Source of the DNA: an uncultured Elusimicrobia bacterium
Lineage (GTDB): Bacteria; Elusimicrobiota; Elusimicrobia; 2-01-FULL-59-12
Assembly: GCA_963702895.1 (NCBI GenBank)
Contig: OY969767.1
Coordinates: 448,001-512,000 of the forward strand
Reading direction: 5' to 3'
DNA: 64,000 nt
Shown: in pieces, positions 1-11,800 of the stretch
Position numbering within the stretch: the first letter of the stretch is position 1
Layout: each line of letters begins with the position of its first letter
Made by a program: the position numbers and the translations under genes
Notes under the pieces: model-generated
The model's database searches: none
Told to the model about the DNA's origin: nothing
The model's input: only the letters and a program-made list of their open reading frames with translations

Positions 1-261
1 CAGGCAGGAGGCGAGTTCCGCAGGCTGCGCGAACCACCCAGCCGGGGTGTCCGGGAGCGCCGGAGTGAGTCGCCTCCCTCCCCCACGGCAAGAACCCCCG
101 AAGATTTCCTGCATCGGAAACGGCCAAGGGACTGGAGATGACAGGCCTAATATTATTAGGATGATCCCCAATGTGGTCCGCATCGCATTGGAAAGAGCGC
201 TTCTGGTTGATACTGGCGGCTTCGAAGTCTTAATTCCACCTCTACAGAAAAGGAAACTGTC

Positions 262-2508
262 ATGCATAAAATGATGCAAGCTACGCCGTTTGAAGTGATG
301 TCCATCTGGATTGTTCTTGGAATTGCCATGCTGGGGCTGGCCTACGCGATGCTCTTGCGCAGCCAAATCCTCAGAATGGATACGGGTACCCCCAAGATGC
401 TGGAAGTTTGGAACGCGATCCGCCTTGGCGCCGATGCCTACCTCGGCCGCCAGCTCAAAATCATTACCCCTTTGATTCTGGTGCTTGCGGTGGTCCTCTT
501 CTACTCGGTTTACATCGTTCCCCCGACCGCGGAGGCGCTCGAGCGCTTTGAAGGGTACACCCCGGAGAAAGTCCGCTTTCTGATCGGCATGGGCCGCGCG
601 ATCGCCTTTATCATGGGCGCCGGCTTCTCACTGATCGTCGGCCAGTTCGGCATGCGCATGGCGGTCCAAGGGAACGTCCGCGTCGCGGCGGCCTCGCGGC
701 GCAGTTTCTCGGAAGCGCTTAAAGTGGCCTACCGCTCCGGAACCATCACCGGCATGCTCACGGACGGCCTGGGACTTTTCGGCGGCACCGTCATTTTCAT
801 GTACTTCGGGGTGGCCGCGCCGGACGCGCTCCTGGGCTTTGGCTTCGGCGGGACGCTCTTGGCGCTCTTCATGCGCGTGGGCGGCGGTATTTACACCAAG
901 GCCGCGGACGTGGGAGCCGACCTCGTCGGCAAGGTGGAAGCGGGCATCCCGGAGGATGACCCCCGCAACGCCGCCGTGATCGCGGACCTCGTGGGCGACA
1001 ATGTCGGCGACTGCGCCGGTATGGCCGCGGACATCTTTGAATCCTATGAAGTCACGATCGTCTCGGGGCTGATCCTGGGTCTCGCCCTCGTATCCATCAC
1101 CCACGAGCTCAAGTGGATCATTTTCCCGCTTCTCGTGCGCGGCATCGGGGTGCTCTCGTCCATCATCGGGACCTACGTCGTCCGGGGCTCTCCGGGTGAG
1201 GAGCGCGGCAACGCCCTTTCGTCCATCAACAAGGGGTTCTACACGTCGGCGCTCATTTCAGTCGTCGCCTTCTTCTTCCTCGCGCACTACTACATGCACG
1301 AGTGGCGGGCGTTCCTTTCGGTCTTCGCCGGCATTGTGCTTGCCATCGTGCTCGACGAGGTGACGAAGTACTTCACCGACACGCACTACCGCCCGGTCAA
1401 AAGCATCGCGGGCGCATCCAAGACCGGATCGGCGACGCTCATCCTGCGCGGCCTGGGCGTCGGGTTTGAGTCGGCCGTCTGGCAGACCCTCGTCATCGCC
1501 GGCGCGATCTTCGCGGCCGTCCTCATCTACCGCGGCCAGCCGGTGATCTTCGTGCTCTACGGCGTCGCCATGACCGGCATCGGCATGCTCACCCTCACCG
1601 GGAACAATGTGGCCATGGACTCGTTCGGCCCCATCGCCGACAACGCCAACGGCATCGGCGAAATGGCGGGTTTGGAACCCAAGGCCCGCAAGATCATGGC
1701 GGACTTAGACGCCGTCGGAAACACCACCAAGGCCATCACCAAGGGTGTGGCGATCGGTTCCGCCGTCATCGCCGCGGTCTCCCTGTTCGGTTCCTATCTC
1801 ACCGACGTGACCAACGTGCAGGCGCAGATGGGACTGGGCGAGCCGCTCCGGCTCCTGAACACCGGCATCCGCATTTCCCAGCCGGTCGTCTTCATTGGGT
1901 TCCTCATCGGCGGCGCGGTGCCCTGGCTCTTTTCCGGGCTCTGCATCAACGCCGTCACCCGCGCCGCCTCCCTGATCGTGGAGGAAGTGCGCCGTCAGTT
2001 CCGCATTCCGGGGTTGATGGAAGGGACCGTCGCGCCGGATTACAAGCAGGCGGTGGGGATTTGCACGCAAGCGGCACAGAAGGAGCTCGTGAGCCTGGCG
2101 CTCATCGCGATTTTGACCCCGCTCCTCGTGGGGATGCTCCTGCGCGTGGAGGCCCTGGGCGGGTTTTTGGGCGGTGTGATCCTTTCCGGACAGCTGCTCG
2201 CGGTCTTTATGGCGACGGCGGGCGGCGCCTGGGACAATGCCAAAAAGCTGATCGAAGACGGCATCTATGGCGGCAAAGGCTCGGAATGCCATAAAGCGGC
2301 CGTGGTCGGCGACACCGTGGGGGATCCCCTCAAAGACACTTCGGGGCCCGCGCTCAATCCCATGATCAAGGTGATGAACCTTGTGTCGCTTCTGGCGGCG
2401 CCGATCCTCGTGCAATACGACTTGTCGCACTGGGGCATGTGGGTGGCGATCTTTATCTGTTCGGCCGTGGTCCTGGCCTCCATCGGCTACTCCAAGCGGG
2501 AAAGCTAG
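262..2508 (+). CDS. hppA: Membrane-bound H+-translocating pyrophosphatase, probably K+-independent
   Basis: Motifs GGGIYTKAADVGADLVGKVE, DLVGDNVGD, GDTVGDPLKD. GNTTKA has Lys at the position that marks K+-independent enzymes. Confidence 0.95.
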   Translation: MHKMMQATPFEVMSIWIVLGIAMLGLAYAMLLRSQILRMDTGTPKMLEVWNAIRLGADAYLGRQLKIITPLILVLAVVLFYSVYIVPPTAEALERFEGYTPEKVRFLIGMGRAIAFIMGAGFSLIVGQFGMRMAVQGNVRVAAASRRSFSEALKVAYRSGTITGMLTDGLGLFGGTVIFMYFGVAAPDALLGFGFGGTLLALFMRVGGGIYTKAADVGADLVGKVEAGIPEDDPRNAAVIADLVGDNVGDCAGMAADIFESYEVTIVSGLILGLALVSITHELKWIIFPLLVRGIGVLSSIIGTYVVRGSPGEERGNALSSINKGFYTSALISVVAFFFLAHYYMHEWRAFLSVFAGIVLAIVLDEVTKYFTDTHYRPVKSIAGASKTGSATLILRGLGVGFESAVWQTLVIAGAIFAAVLIYRGQPVIFVLYGVAMTGIGMLTLTGNNVAMDSFGPIADNANGIGEMAGLEPKARKIMADLDAVGNTTKAITKGVAIGSAVIAAVSLFGSYLTDVTNVQAQMGLGEPLRLLNTGIRISQPVVFIGFLIGGAVPWLFSGLCINAVTRAASLIVEEVRRQFRIPGLMEGTVAPDYKQAVGICTQAAQKELVSLALIAILTPLLVGMLLRVEALGGFLGGVILSGQLLAVFMATAGGAWDNAKKLIEDGIYGGKGSECHKAAVVGDTVGDPLKDTSGPALNPMIKVMNLVSLLAAPILVQYDLSHWGMWVAIFICSAVVLASIGYSKRES

Positions 2509-2527
2509 GCTTTAGCAAACTTCAAAG

Positions 2528-2610
2528 GGACGTTCCATCACAAACGTAACAAACTCCCGTATCCTTGCGCTTGGCGCACAGGAGTTTGTTACGTTTGTGA
2601 TGGAACGTCC
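2528..2610. repeat. Perfect 30-bp inverted repeat with 23-nt loop between convergent genes
   Basis: ggacgttccatcacaaacgtaacaaactcc (2528-2557) and its exact reverse complement (2581-2610). Confidence 0.9.
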
Positions 2611-2707
2611 ACATCAGTTCTGAAGTCGGCGCTCTACTACCCGTTCCCGACGGAGGCCGAGCTGAAGGACAAGCACTATCTCTGGTGGAGATCCGCCGTT
2701 TAAGTAC

Positions 2708-2752
2708 CGGGGTAACGGGGTATCGGAGTAACGGCATATCGGGGTAACGGAG
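2708..2752. repeat. Degenerate 8-bp tandem repeat (CGGGGTAA-like)
   Basis: cggggtaa cggggtat cggagtaa cggcatat cggggtaa. Confidence 0.8.
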
Positions 2753-2828
2753 CGTCGGCCCGGGCAAACGGCCCTGACAGCCAGCCGTTTCTCCGATACT
2801 CTGATAACCTGCAACTCCCCTCGCTACC

Positions 2829-5800
2829 TCAGGCGCTGCGGAAAACAGAACGCATCGAAGGTAGATATTTCTTCCCGTGTCGGTGGTCCGCCCCGAAGAA
2901 GATGGTCATTCCCTGAATTAGATTGACTGCACCAAATGCCGTGAGGAGGGCGCTCTGAGAAGCGCCCAGAGGTGCGAGATTTAGCAGAATCGCACCGGTC
3001 AGGAATTGAATAGCCCCTGGCAAGAAATAGAACAGGGCCAGCCTGACATCTGATCCTATCTCTGGAGGGTTCTCGCGATATCCTTGGGTTAACCAAAGGT
3101 GCGCCTTTTCGTAGAAGTTCTTCCCGGCGAGCAAACGCAGGCCTCCGCCGAGAGCCAGATGCAGGCCCACATGTGCCAGATAAAAGATCCCTGTTGCAGC
3201 TATTACAACGAGCATTTGGCGGAGCCCAAAATGATGAGCGTCCACCAGTGGAAGGAATCCGACGATGGCGCTAAGAATCGTAAACATCCCCTCTTGCGAT
3301 GCTGTTTCTGAATTTTTTCTCGCGGGTCTTCCAATCCTTGGTTCACTTGTTGGTGAAAATTCCCTGATCATGCGTTCGCGGCGTTGTGCTTGTATCGCAG
3401 GGTCTGGCGTGTAAACAAAATATTTATCAAGGACGACCTTGACTGGAAATGTGGGGTTTCCGGGAGTGAGCTCGGAGTGGAAGATACCGCCGTCTTCCGT
3501 ATTTGGAATGACAAGGCTCAGCGGGCTTTCGAGCGGTGTCTTCACCAACTGATATCCCGCTCCAAGGACTTTATCGGCATCTTTATCAAACAACGTAGCC
3601 GGGAAAATGATAGGTCGCCCGGACACGTCGGCCCATACTTTCATGTACATTAGGAAAGCGGGCAGAAAATCCAATTCAGACCGAACAGAGTACACATTGC
3701 TAGTCGCTAGAAGAGGTCCTTCTTGGGATCGAGCGATGGAAAATCTAGCCAAACGGTCCCTCCCGCGATTCTCTTCCGTTTTAAGGAATGCATAGACAGC
3801 GTGAATCCAAGGATTTTCCCAGTACGCCCGGATGTTGTGGAGTATGTGCTGTCTGTAGCGGTATGTGAAATCCAAAGAGCCGTGTGTTCCTGGGAATCCT
3901 ACGAATAGGCTTTCGAAGGGTTTATAAGCGGCGTCCAAAATAACCAGTTCCGATTTCAGAGATTGTCTTTGAATCTCTCTGGTCAAGTTTTGAAGGGTCA
4001 GGAGGTTGTCCGTCAGTCTTTCGATCTCGTCTCGCAGTCCCGTCAACATCTGCGCCTGCTGGTGGGTATGTTTCTTTCGAGCTTCCAAGTGGAGTCGTTG
4101 AATTGCTTCAACGATGGAGAGCAGGACACTGCGGAGGGAAGTGGCGATGATTTCACTTTCCTTTGATAATTGTTCATCCGATCGGAGCCTGATGGTTCCC
4201 TCCATCTCTAGTAATTTCAGGAACTGTGGATCAATCTTTTCATGGGAGCGCAGGGCCACAAGGTTCGGATCTATAAGCAAGGATGCTAAACCGGCACGCA
4301 CCTCTTTCCAGCATCTCATTCTGCTTTCCATGGCGTTGGAGTACTGACGCAGGTGGATGGGGATCTCGATGGCTCCCGGGCCCTCCAACCAATCAGATAT
4401 CTGGATGGGGTCAGCTTCGCGGCGTTGTTTGAGAGACCCCCTATAGTATCTTGATGATTCCTGCAGAGCAGCGCTGGCGTCACCTGGATACCTTTGCAAC
4501 ATCTGCGTATAGCGGATGAGACATTGCTTAAAGATCTCTGCTCCAGGTATTACGTGCTCTTTTATATGCTCATAGTAATGCAAGGCGATCTCCAGATCTG
4601 GATGAACACTGATGCGACGCAGGGGGTCGAACGTAACCCCCAATATCATGGAAAGAGGGATGGTCTCACGCAGTCCAGCGATTTCTCTTATTGCCTTTTC
4701 CAGCGCTGTATAGACGGATTTACTTTTAATCGTTCTCCGCGGTGTCGATTCATCCGGCTTCCATTCCCTGATCAGGTTCGAGAGCACGTTGCTGACGGTG
4801 GGGATGGCGCCCCGGGTTCCGGTCATGGATTCAGAGAATTCCGTCAGCGAGCGGAGAAGTGTGCCGAGTCCTCCCAACAATCCGCCATACTCCTTTTTCG
4901 ATAGAAGTGGCCAAATATCGCTCAACGCATTTAGGAGATCATGAATCTTCGGTCCAAAAGGGGTCGAAAGGGCTTGCGCTGCATATTGAAGATTGCTCCG
5001 ATTCTCAATCTTTTCGCCACTGATCCAAAACTGGTTCAACAGCAAAGGTAGATCTCTGCGCCTAAACATGAATAAGACAATCAAATGGGCGAGAAGGTCT
5101 TTGGGATTTAATGTTTCCAATCGGCGGACACGTTCAAGCGATTCGCTTGAACCACGGAGTCGATTCCAAGTCACGATGAACCTGCCGCGTATGTTCTGAT
5201 CATCGATGTTAGGTGCCCCAAATTCCAGCTCAGTTAATAAGGTGCGTTCAAAGGCAATAAATTCCGACTCCGGGTCCGAAATCCCTGATCCAGGAAGACC
5301 GTCATAAACCGAAAGGGGGTGCCCAAGCCATATCAATGCCTCGAGGGTTTGTTCCCAGGCTGTCGTCCGGTCAATGGCGATGAGGCTGGGGGAGCCCCGG
5401 GACGAGGCCAGGATCTTCATTACCCATTGCATCACGTGCTGGGCATTCTGCCATGTGTGCGTGATGGGCGCAGAAGTGCGCAAAGGGTTTGATTCGTATT
5501 GAATATAACGAATGACATCATCTATGGAGCTGGTTCCCCGGAGCTGGCCGGGGCCAGCAATACGGATTTCTTCAGCCTTGGCGATCCTCTCGATGCGTTC
5601 CACGAGCGAAGACCAGCGGAGATTGTTGTCCCGCACGATGTGCTTCGCTTGAATTTCAATCATCTTTCGAGCAAGCAGGCCCGCCAGCTGATCTGGTGTC
5701 AATCGTTCAGCGAGCTTCCGGCCAATAAAAATCTTGTTATCCATCGAAGAAGCTATGCTCGTTTGATGGCCCGGCGCCTCTTCCTCAAACACAACGACGG

Positions 5801-8800
5801 AGATTTTATTGAGCCAACGGTTGTAATCAATGTTTCCGAAGGGTATCAGAAAGTGCGTGTAGGACACGAGCCCAGGGGGTGTTAACATCAGAAATAAGGT
5901 GCGCGTAAATATTGCAAACCGATCCATAAGTTGTACTGCATTGCGGATCCACCTTGCCTTTGGGCGGGAGGGACTCTCCACGGCGAGCCCTCGCAACTGA
6001 TCAAATGCCGCGCGGCACTTGTTGATCAGCTCCCTGTTGTCCGAAAGGATCTCATCCATTCTGGGTGGAGTGATCGAACGCAAATCACCGGCGCTCGCGA
6101 TGGTTCTCGGGAGTCCTCCGCGTGCTTCATCGTGCGTATAGAGTCTTCGCGTCCCTCCCAAGGGTTCGCGGCGCTCCAGCGGGCCGGGTCCCAGACTTGC
6201 TTCTGCGTCAGCAGGAACTTTCCTTTCCAAAAGCCTAAAGGCGAAATTAAGAAGCAATATGGTCAAGTATCCAAAAACAACAAGGCCGACTATCTGCATC
6301 GCGAAAAATGAGACGTCTCCGGGGAAAGAAGGTCCCAGCGGCCAGGAGGAAGAGAGCGGCGTCAAAAGCCCCGCGAAAAATGAGACGTCTCCGGGGAAAG
6401 AAGGTCCCAGCGGCCAGGAGGAAGAGAGCGGCATCAAAAGCCCCGCGAGGGCGCTCCCGATCACGAAGGAACCTTCCATGGAGGCCCCGCCGTGGGGTGA
6501 GTCTTCTGCTGAGTCCGGATGAAGTCCTGATGCGGACTCCAAAGAATGACTCTTAGAAAAAGCGTCACGAATATTCTTCACGCGATCCCGGAGTGGCACG
6601 GGGATATCGTTAAGGCTCCGGCGTAGAGACGGCCGCGCTGTGGCATCTGAATAGCGATAGGGAGTGGCATGTTCTCCTTTCTTTTCTTGAATCAAAATCT
6701 TAAACCGCCCAGTATCAGTGCTCTCATCGAGAAAATCTCGCAGCGCTGCAGGTGACTGCCGTTCCGAGTTTGGCCCAAACCGTCCTTTTAAGGCCTGTTC
6801 TCGCACAGAGGTTCCGCTCATCAAATCACGCACCAACCCAAACCACGTCGTGTGGAGCGCTGTGTCTTCCCCGCGATTTGCCAAGGCTGTGAAGTTCAAA
6901 TCCGCCGTAATTTGTTGCTGCAAAATACGTGGGTGATAGGGAGGGGTGAGTTGTTCCTCCAATGGCACCTCTCCTCCATAGATATGGTGTTGAGGTGCTC
7001 CGGTGTGAAGATGTCTGAAAAGATCAGGAGCGCTGTGTCCATAATCCAACGTGAAAATGAACCCGGCTTCAAGGGCGCGACCGACATTTTCGACAAAAGA
7101 ATCCGCTTCGGTGTTGGCGAAGATCGTCCATCTCTGTTGTTCATGGCTTGCCAGGGCTGTGGCATAATCCTCGGCGTTTCGCTGGAGATGCTCGGCGACT
7201 TCAGGAATCTGTTGGGAAGGCACGTAGGTCTCTGTGTAGGTAATGCTGGCAAGCCGGGATTGAATGTCGCCCGGCGGCAGGCCCCCAACCGCCGATAGAT
7301 ATTTTTCAAAGCTTGATCGCGTTAGATACATGACGTTAACGCCGTTCAGCGCTGTCCGATCCCGGACCTCCGCGTCTTGTTGCCGGATGAGATCGTTCAA
7401 TTCCTGTCCGGAACCGATCTCGTCCAAGAGAGCAAGATGTTCAATCGGGATTTGCGGTATAACGAAAGCCACTTCCGCTTCACCTTGTGTTGTCAGAACG
7501 ACTTTGTGGGAGCCTAAATCATCCAGAAGCTCGTTTGTGAAGATCACCCCCTTGATCCTTCCCCCCATTAATGTGGCGAGTTTCGCTTGAGCTTCCCCCA
7601 ATACCGCATCCATTTTCCCTTTGTCAATATAATCACGGCCTTCCGCCGCCTGGCGATCATGTAGGCGAGCAGACTGCTCTATAATCGTGTAATGCAATTG
7701 GTTCCAGAAATCTCGCCATTCTGAGCTGGAACCATGTGAGGCACGGGACTCGACATAGCGCATGACGTCTCGAGAGAGAATGCCCGTTCCACCACCAAAT
7801 TCGACGAAATGAAACACATCCTGGGGCGAGAGGGATTCGTTATGACGCATATGTTGCCACATGCTAAAGAGGTGTTCCGCAATCATTCTCCCGAACAAAG
7901 GAGACAGCTCGACAGGCAGGGTCGAAAAATCTTCGTGGGGACCAATTCCCGCTCGATAACGATAATACAGCTGGTTGACAAGCGACATGAAGTCCTTAAA
8001 AGAGACGAAGAGTTCTGGCGCGACATTCTGCAGACGCTCAGGGAGGGAAATCGGTTCTGAGGGCTCGGCCGCGGCCTCGGTGGCAGGGATATTGCGCTCT
8101 CGGCGGGTGGGTCCGGAAGGATGAGCAGATAAAGGATTTGCAGGACGTGATCCGTCGCCCATTCGAGGCGCCAGGCCAGCGCTATCGGAGGGGCTTTCCG
8201 CCGAGGGTCCGATTCGTCCAGGTTCGGAAGTGACAGAAGCTCCCCCAGTCGGCGACCCCGGGCGGTTCGGAACTGAGCTTGAGTCAGGCGGGGACTGCAA
8301 GCGCTCCTTCATGGTTTTCAAACGTGCCACAAACCGTTCGAAATTTTTTCCCTTCATTCTTGCAGGCAGCCAATCCTGATTACTTTCCAGCCATTCCAAA
8401 AAGGCTTGAATACCGCTGACGAGTTCCTGTCTTACTGCGTCGGCATCTTCGCCTTCTTCAACATAAGGCTCCATAAATGCTTCGTCCGATATTCTGTTGC
8501 TCTGTCGAATCAAGATCTTGAGAAAATCAATCCGGCTGTTCTTATAGAGCTTGTTTTTAAACGGCGGTTCCGTGGCCACGACCGGGAGTAGGAATCGAAT
8601 CCGTTTGGCGATCTGTTTCTGGGGGAAATTTGGCTTTTCGGGAGTTTGAACTTCGAAGATAATCCTCAAGTTGTCCGTGCCGTCAGCCGATTTCGCGGCC
8701 TGAATATGAATGCTGGCCTCGTCGCGAAACCGGCTCCCGTACAGCGCATATCCCGCCTTCTTATAGTTTGTCATCAGGGTAATGATATTGATCAGGCGAT

Positions 8801-11800
8801 GCTCGATCATCCGGAAGGTGTCTCTGATTTCTTGCGCGATTCGATCCCGGTAGGCGACCATGATAGGGTGATCCGCAGGGGGGACCTTTTCCCCGGGATG
8901 GTCGCGCAAAAACATATTGCGGGGTCCATTTTCCAGGACGTCATGAAGCAATCCGCCTCCGATGAGGATGACCGGGTCTCTTTCTCCTTGTCGCAACAGG
9001 AGGGCCATGACGCTGGCAGGATGAACGGCGTAGTCGCGCCCATCCAGCCGTCTTTCGGGATCCCGTCGTTCTCCGTCCTTCGATACGGAGTGAAATTTCT
9101 CCATCAGCCGGATGGCGTCTTGAACCATAATGAGGGACTCTTCATCCTCTTGGCCGGGAGTTCCTTCTGCAAGATCGGAAGGCATGGGTTCATCGATATC
9201 GCCCTCCATCTCCTCGTCGCCCGCAAATGGACTGACCAACTTCTCCATGACCCCATCCAGGAAACGTCTGATTCTCCCTCTCCCAAATTTCTCCTGCAGC
9301 TTTTCGAGGGTCTTGACGGCCGTCGCATCGAAAATATCACCGGGCCCCACTTCGAAATGTTGGATCGACAGGTCGTGCGCTCGCTGCATTTGACCAAGGA
9401 CGCCCTGCAGGATAGTGATCGCGGATATTTCCGGAGCATCTAGCGAGGAAGGGATGGAAAGCGCGAAATTCAGCCAGAGAGTGCCGCTTTCCGTTTCTTC
9501 GTCGATGGTCAACCGCGCAATGTTCGCTAATGGCAATAGTGTGTTCAGGGTCGCAAAGAAATTCTTCATGAGGAGGGGATTGTCGGGAATCTGCACACTG
9601 GCCGTGACCCGTTTGATCGGCCGTGGCCCGGTGTTTGTGGGTGATAGGCGCAAGGCATTCATCTTTTCCACCAGAGACGTCATATCGACGTGGCGGTCTC
9701 TTTGCAGGACGAGACGCAATAGCCCAGTTCCTTCTTCGGCCGGGAGCGTACGCGAGCCTGCCAAGAGACGCGCTCCATGGTCGACGATCAAACCCATCAC
9801 GTGGGCAAAGATGGCTGGCTGATCTTTGGGGACCCGGATCAGGACGACCACCGTGTCCGATGTTTCCGCCGAGAGGTCCAGAGTGGCATTGATTTCGACA
9901 AAATCGGGAGTTGGCGTGTTGGCCTCCGGGGGTGGAAGATCGACGCCCGGCACCGTGGGCGCGATGGGGACGGTCGGAATAGGTGTTGGCAGGGCCTCGG
10001 AGGTCTGTATTGGGGCTGGGCTGGGCTGGACGGCCTCCACTGGCGCGGGCGATGCTGGTCTTTCCAGACGGGTCGCTTTCAAACGGCCTACGACATCGTC
10101 AAACGAGAGGACCCCGCAGGCGATGGCCAGCAGCGCGTATTCCGCATTGGGGACGGGCATTCCCTTCTCTCCAGCTAAGTCAGCAAGGCTGCGGCTGTAT
10201 CGTGCTAATCTGGGAGGAGTCCCGGCATTTTCCAGATCCTGGGTCGCCAGGGCAATCATTTCACCACGAATTTCTTGCCAGAGTGCCTCCTGGCGTTCAG
10301 CCACATAGGTATCGCGATGGGTAAGGCCCATGGCGGCCAGTAGGTGGTCGGCGTCGGGGAAGGAATGCTTCGAGGCCAGCGGCCCGAGGACTTGCCGTAA
10401 GGGCTGAAGCCAATTGGGTGACGGTCCACGGGGACGTGGACCCGTCTCCCTTTGCAGTCGTTCATGCAATTTCTCCGTGCCCTCCGCAGCTAATTCTGCT
10501 AACTGGGAGGCCCGGTCATCACTCTGGCGCAATTCGAATTCGACGAGAGCAGGCAAGGTGGAGGCGGATCTCATCATGGTCCGCAAGGACGCTGGGTTAT
10601 GTCTGATTGAAGCACCCTCCCTATCGGGCACATTGTCTGGCTTCACCTCATCTCCGTCTTCCAGTCGATATCCGAGGTCGACCCAGAATCCTCGATGCCT
10701 TCCCCGCGAAATATTGGCTCCACGGGTCCGGGGCCCCAAGGCGTTCATTTGCGCCAGGGCATCCGCCACGTTGCCTCTTCTTGACCCTCCTTTGGGGACG
10801 CACGCCGGAATCAAGTTTTCAGTATGTTCGTCGAACGGAGCGTGGAAGAAAAAAATGAAGGGATTAACGAGCTTTTCTCCAAATTTATTGAAAGTTCCTC
10901 GAGGGTCACGCTCATCCGGTTCAAAAGGATCATAGGCAGGGAGGACAAGAGTCAGCTGCTGTACCAGATAAGCCCAGCGGGCTTTTGTTGGACCGTAGCG
11001 GTATCGCCAATAAGCGTCCTGGTCATCGAAAATCTGGAATTCGTGCGGCCGGCGCTCGCCTGTTAACACGCGTTCGAACGAGGTGTGAAACGCCCAGTCC
11101 ATGCGTGAGGGGTCCGTCTGGTATTCGAAATGCTTCGCGATCCTGGCAGTCACATCGTTCTGTTGATCTGCATTGGTGAGAATAACGCTAAACCGCAGGA
11201 TGTCCCTTATCTCGCCGACGTGGCCATACCCCCTCTTGTCCGATCTCAGTTTGCGCATGACGGCGCCAACAGTTTTCAAGTTCCACGAAATTACCACTCC
11301 CTCGGGCAAGTCCTTTTGAATATCTCGTGCAGTCTTGTCCAGATAATCTCTCATCTCCGGCCAGGACATTTTGTATTCGGCTTGGATATCAGCATTCATC
11401 TTGGCATAGGCAGTAGGATCCGCCAATTGCTCGGCTTCATCCAGCAGTGAAGTGCTCAAGCCGGGCATGCCGAGGCGCTCGAGCAGGGGGACGTACACTT
11501 CGCTGATTTCGCGGTAGGTCTCATGCAGGACGTCGGAAGACACATTCGCTCCTTTCATCGTGGCCAATTTGGTTGCCATGGTCAGCAAAAGCACATCCAG
11601 AGAGCCCGCCTTTTTCGCATAGTGACCCATCAGATCCGGAATGGCCCAGCGGTGCTTGTCCAGCTGCTCTTTTGTCAGTCCGTAGCTCGTCGGGAACGTC
11701 TTGTTTACTTTTTCAGTCACTGCGAGCAGCCTGTCTTTTTCAGCTTTTTGGAGTCCCATTCGGCGTCGTTCCGATTCAGTGGTGCGGAGGAGGAACGCCG

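Noticed and set aside
6..85. tRNA or SRP RNA at the window start
   Set aside because: Only a stem (ggaggcga/tcgcctcc) is visible; no T-loop, anticodon arm or SRP motif.
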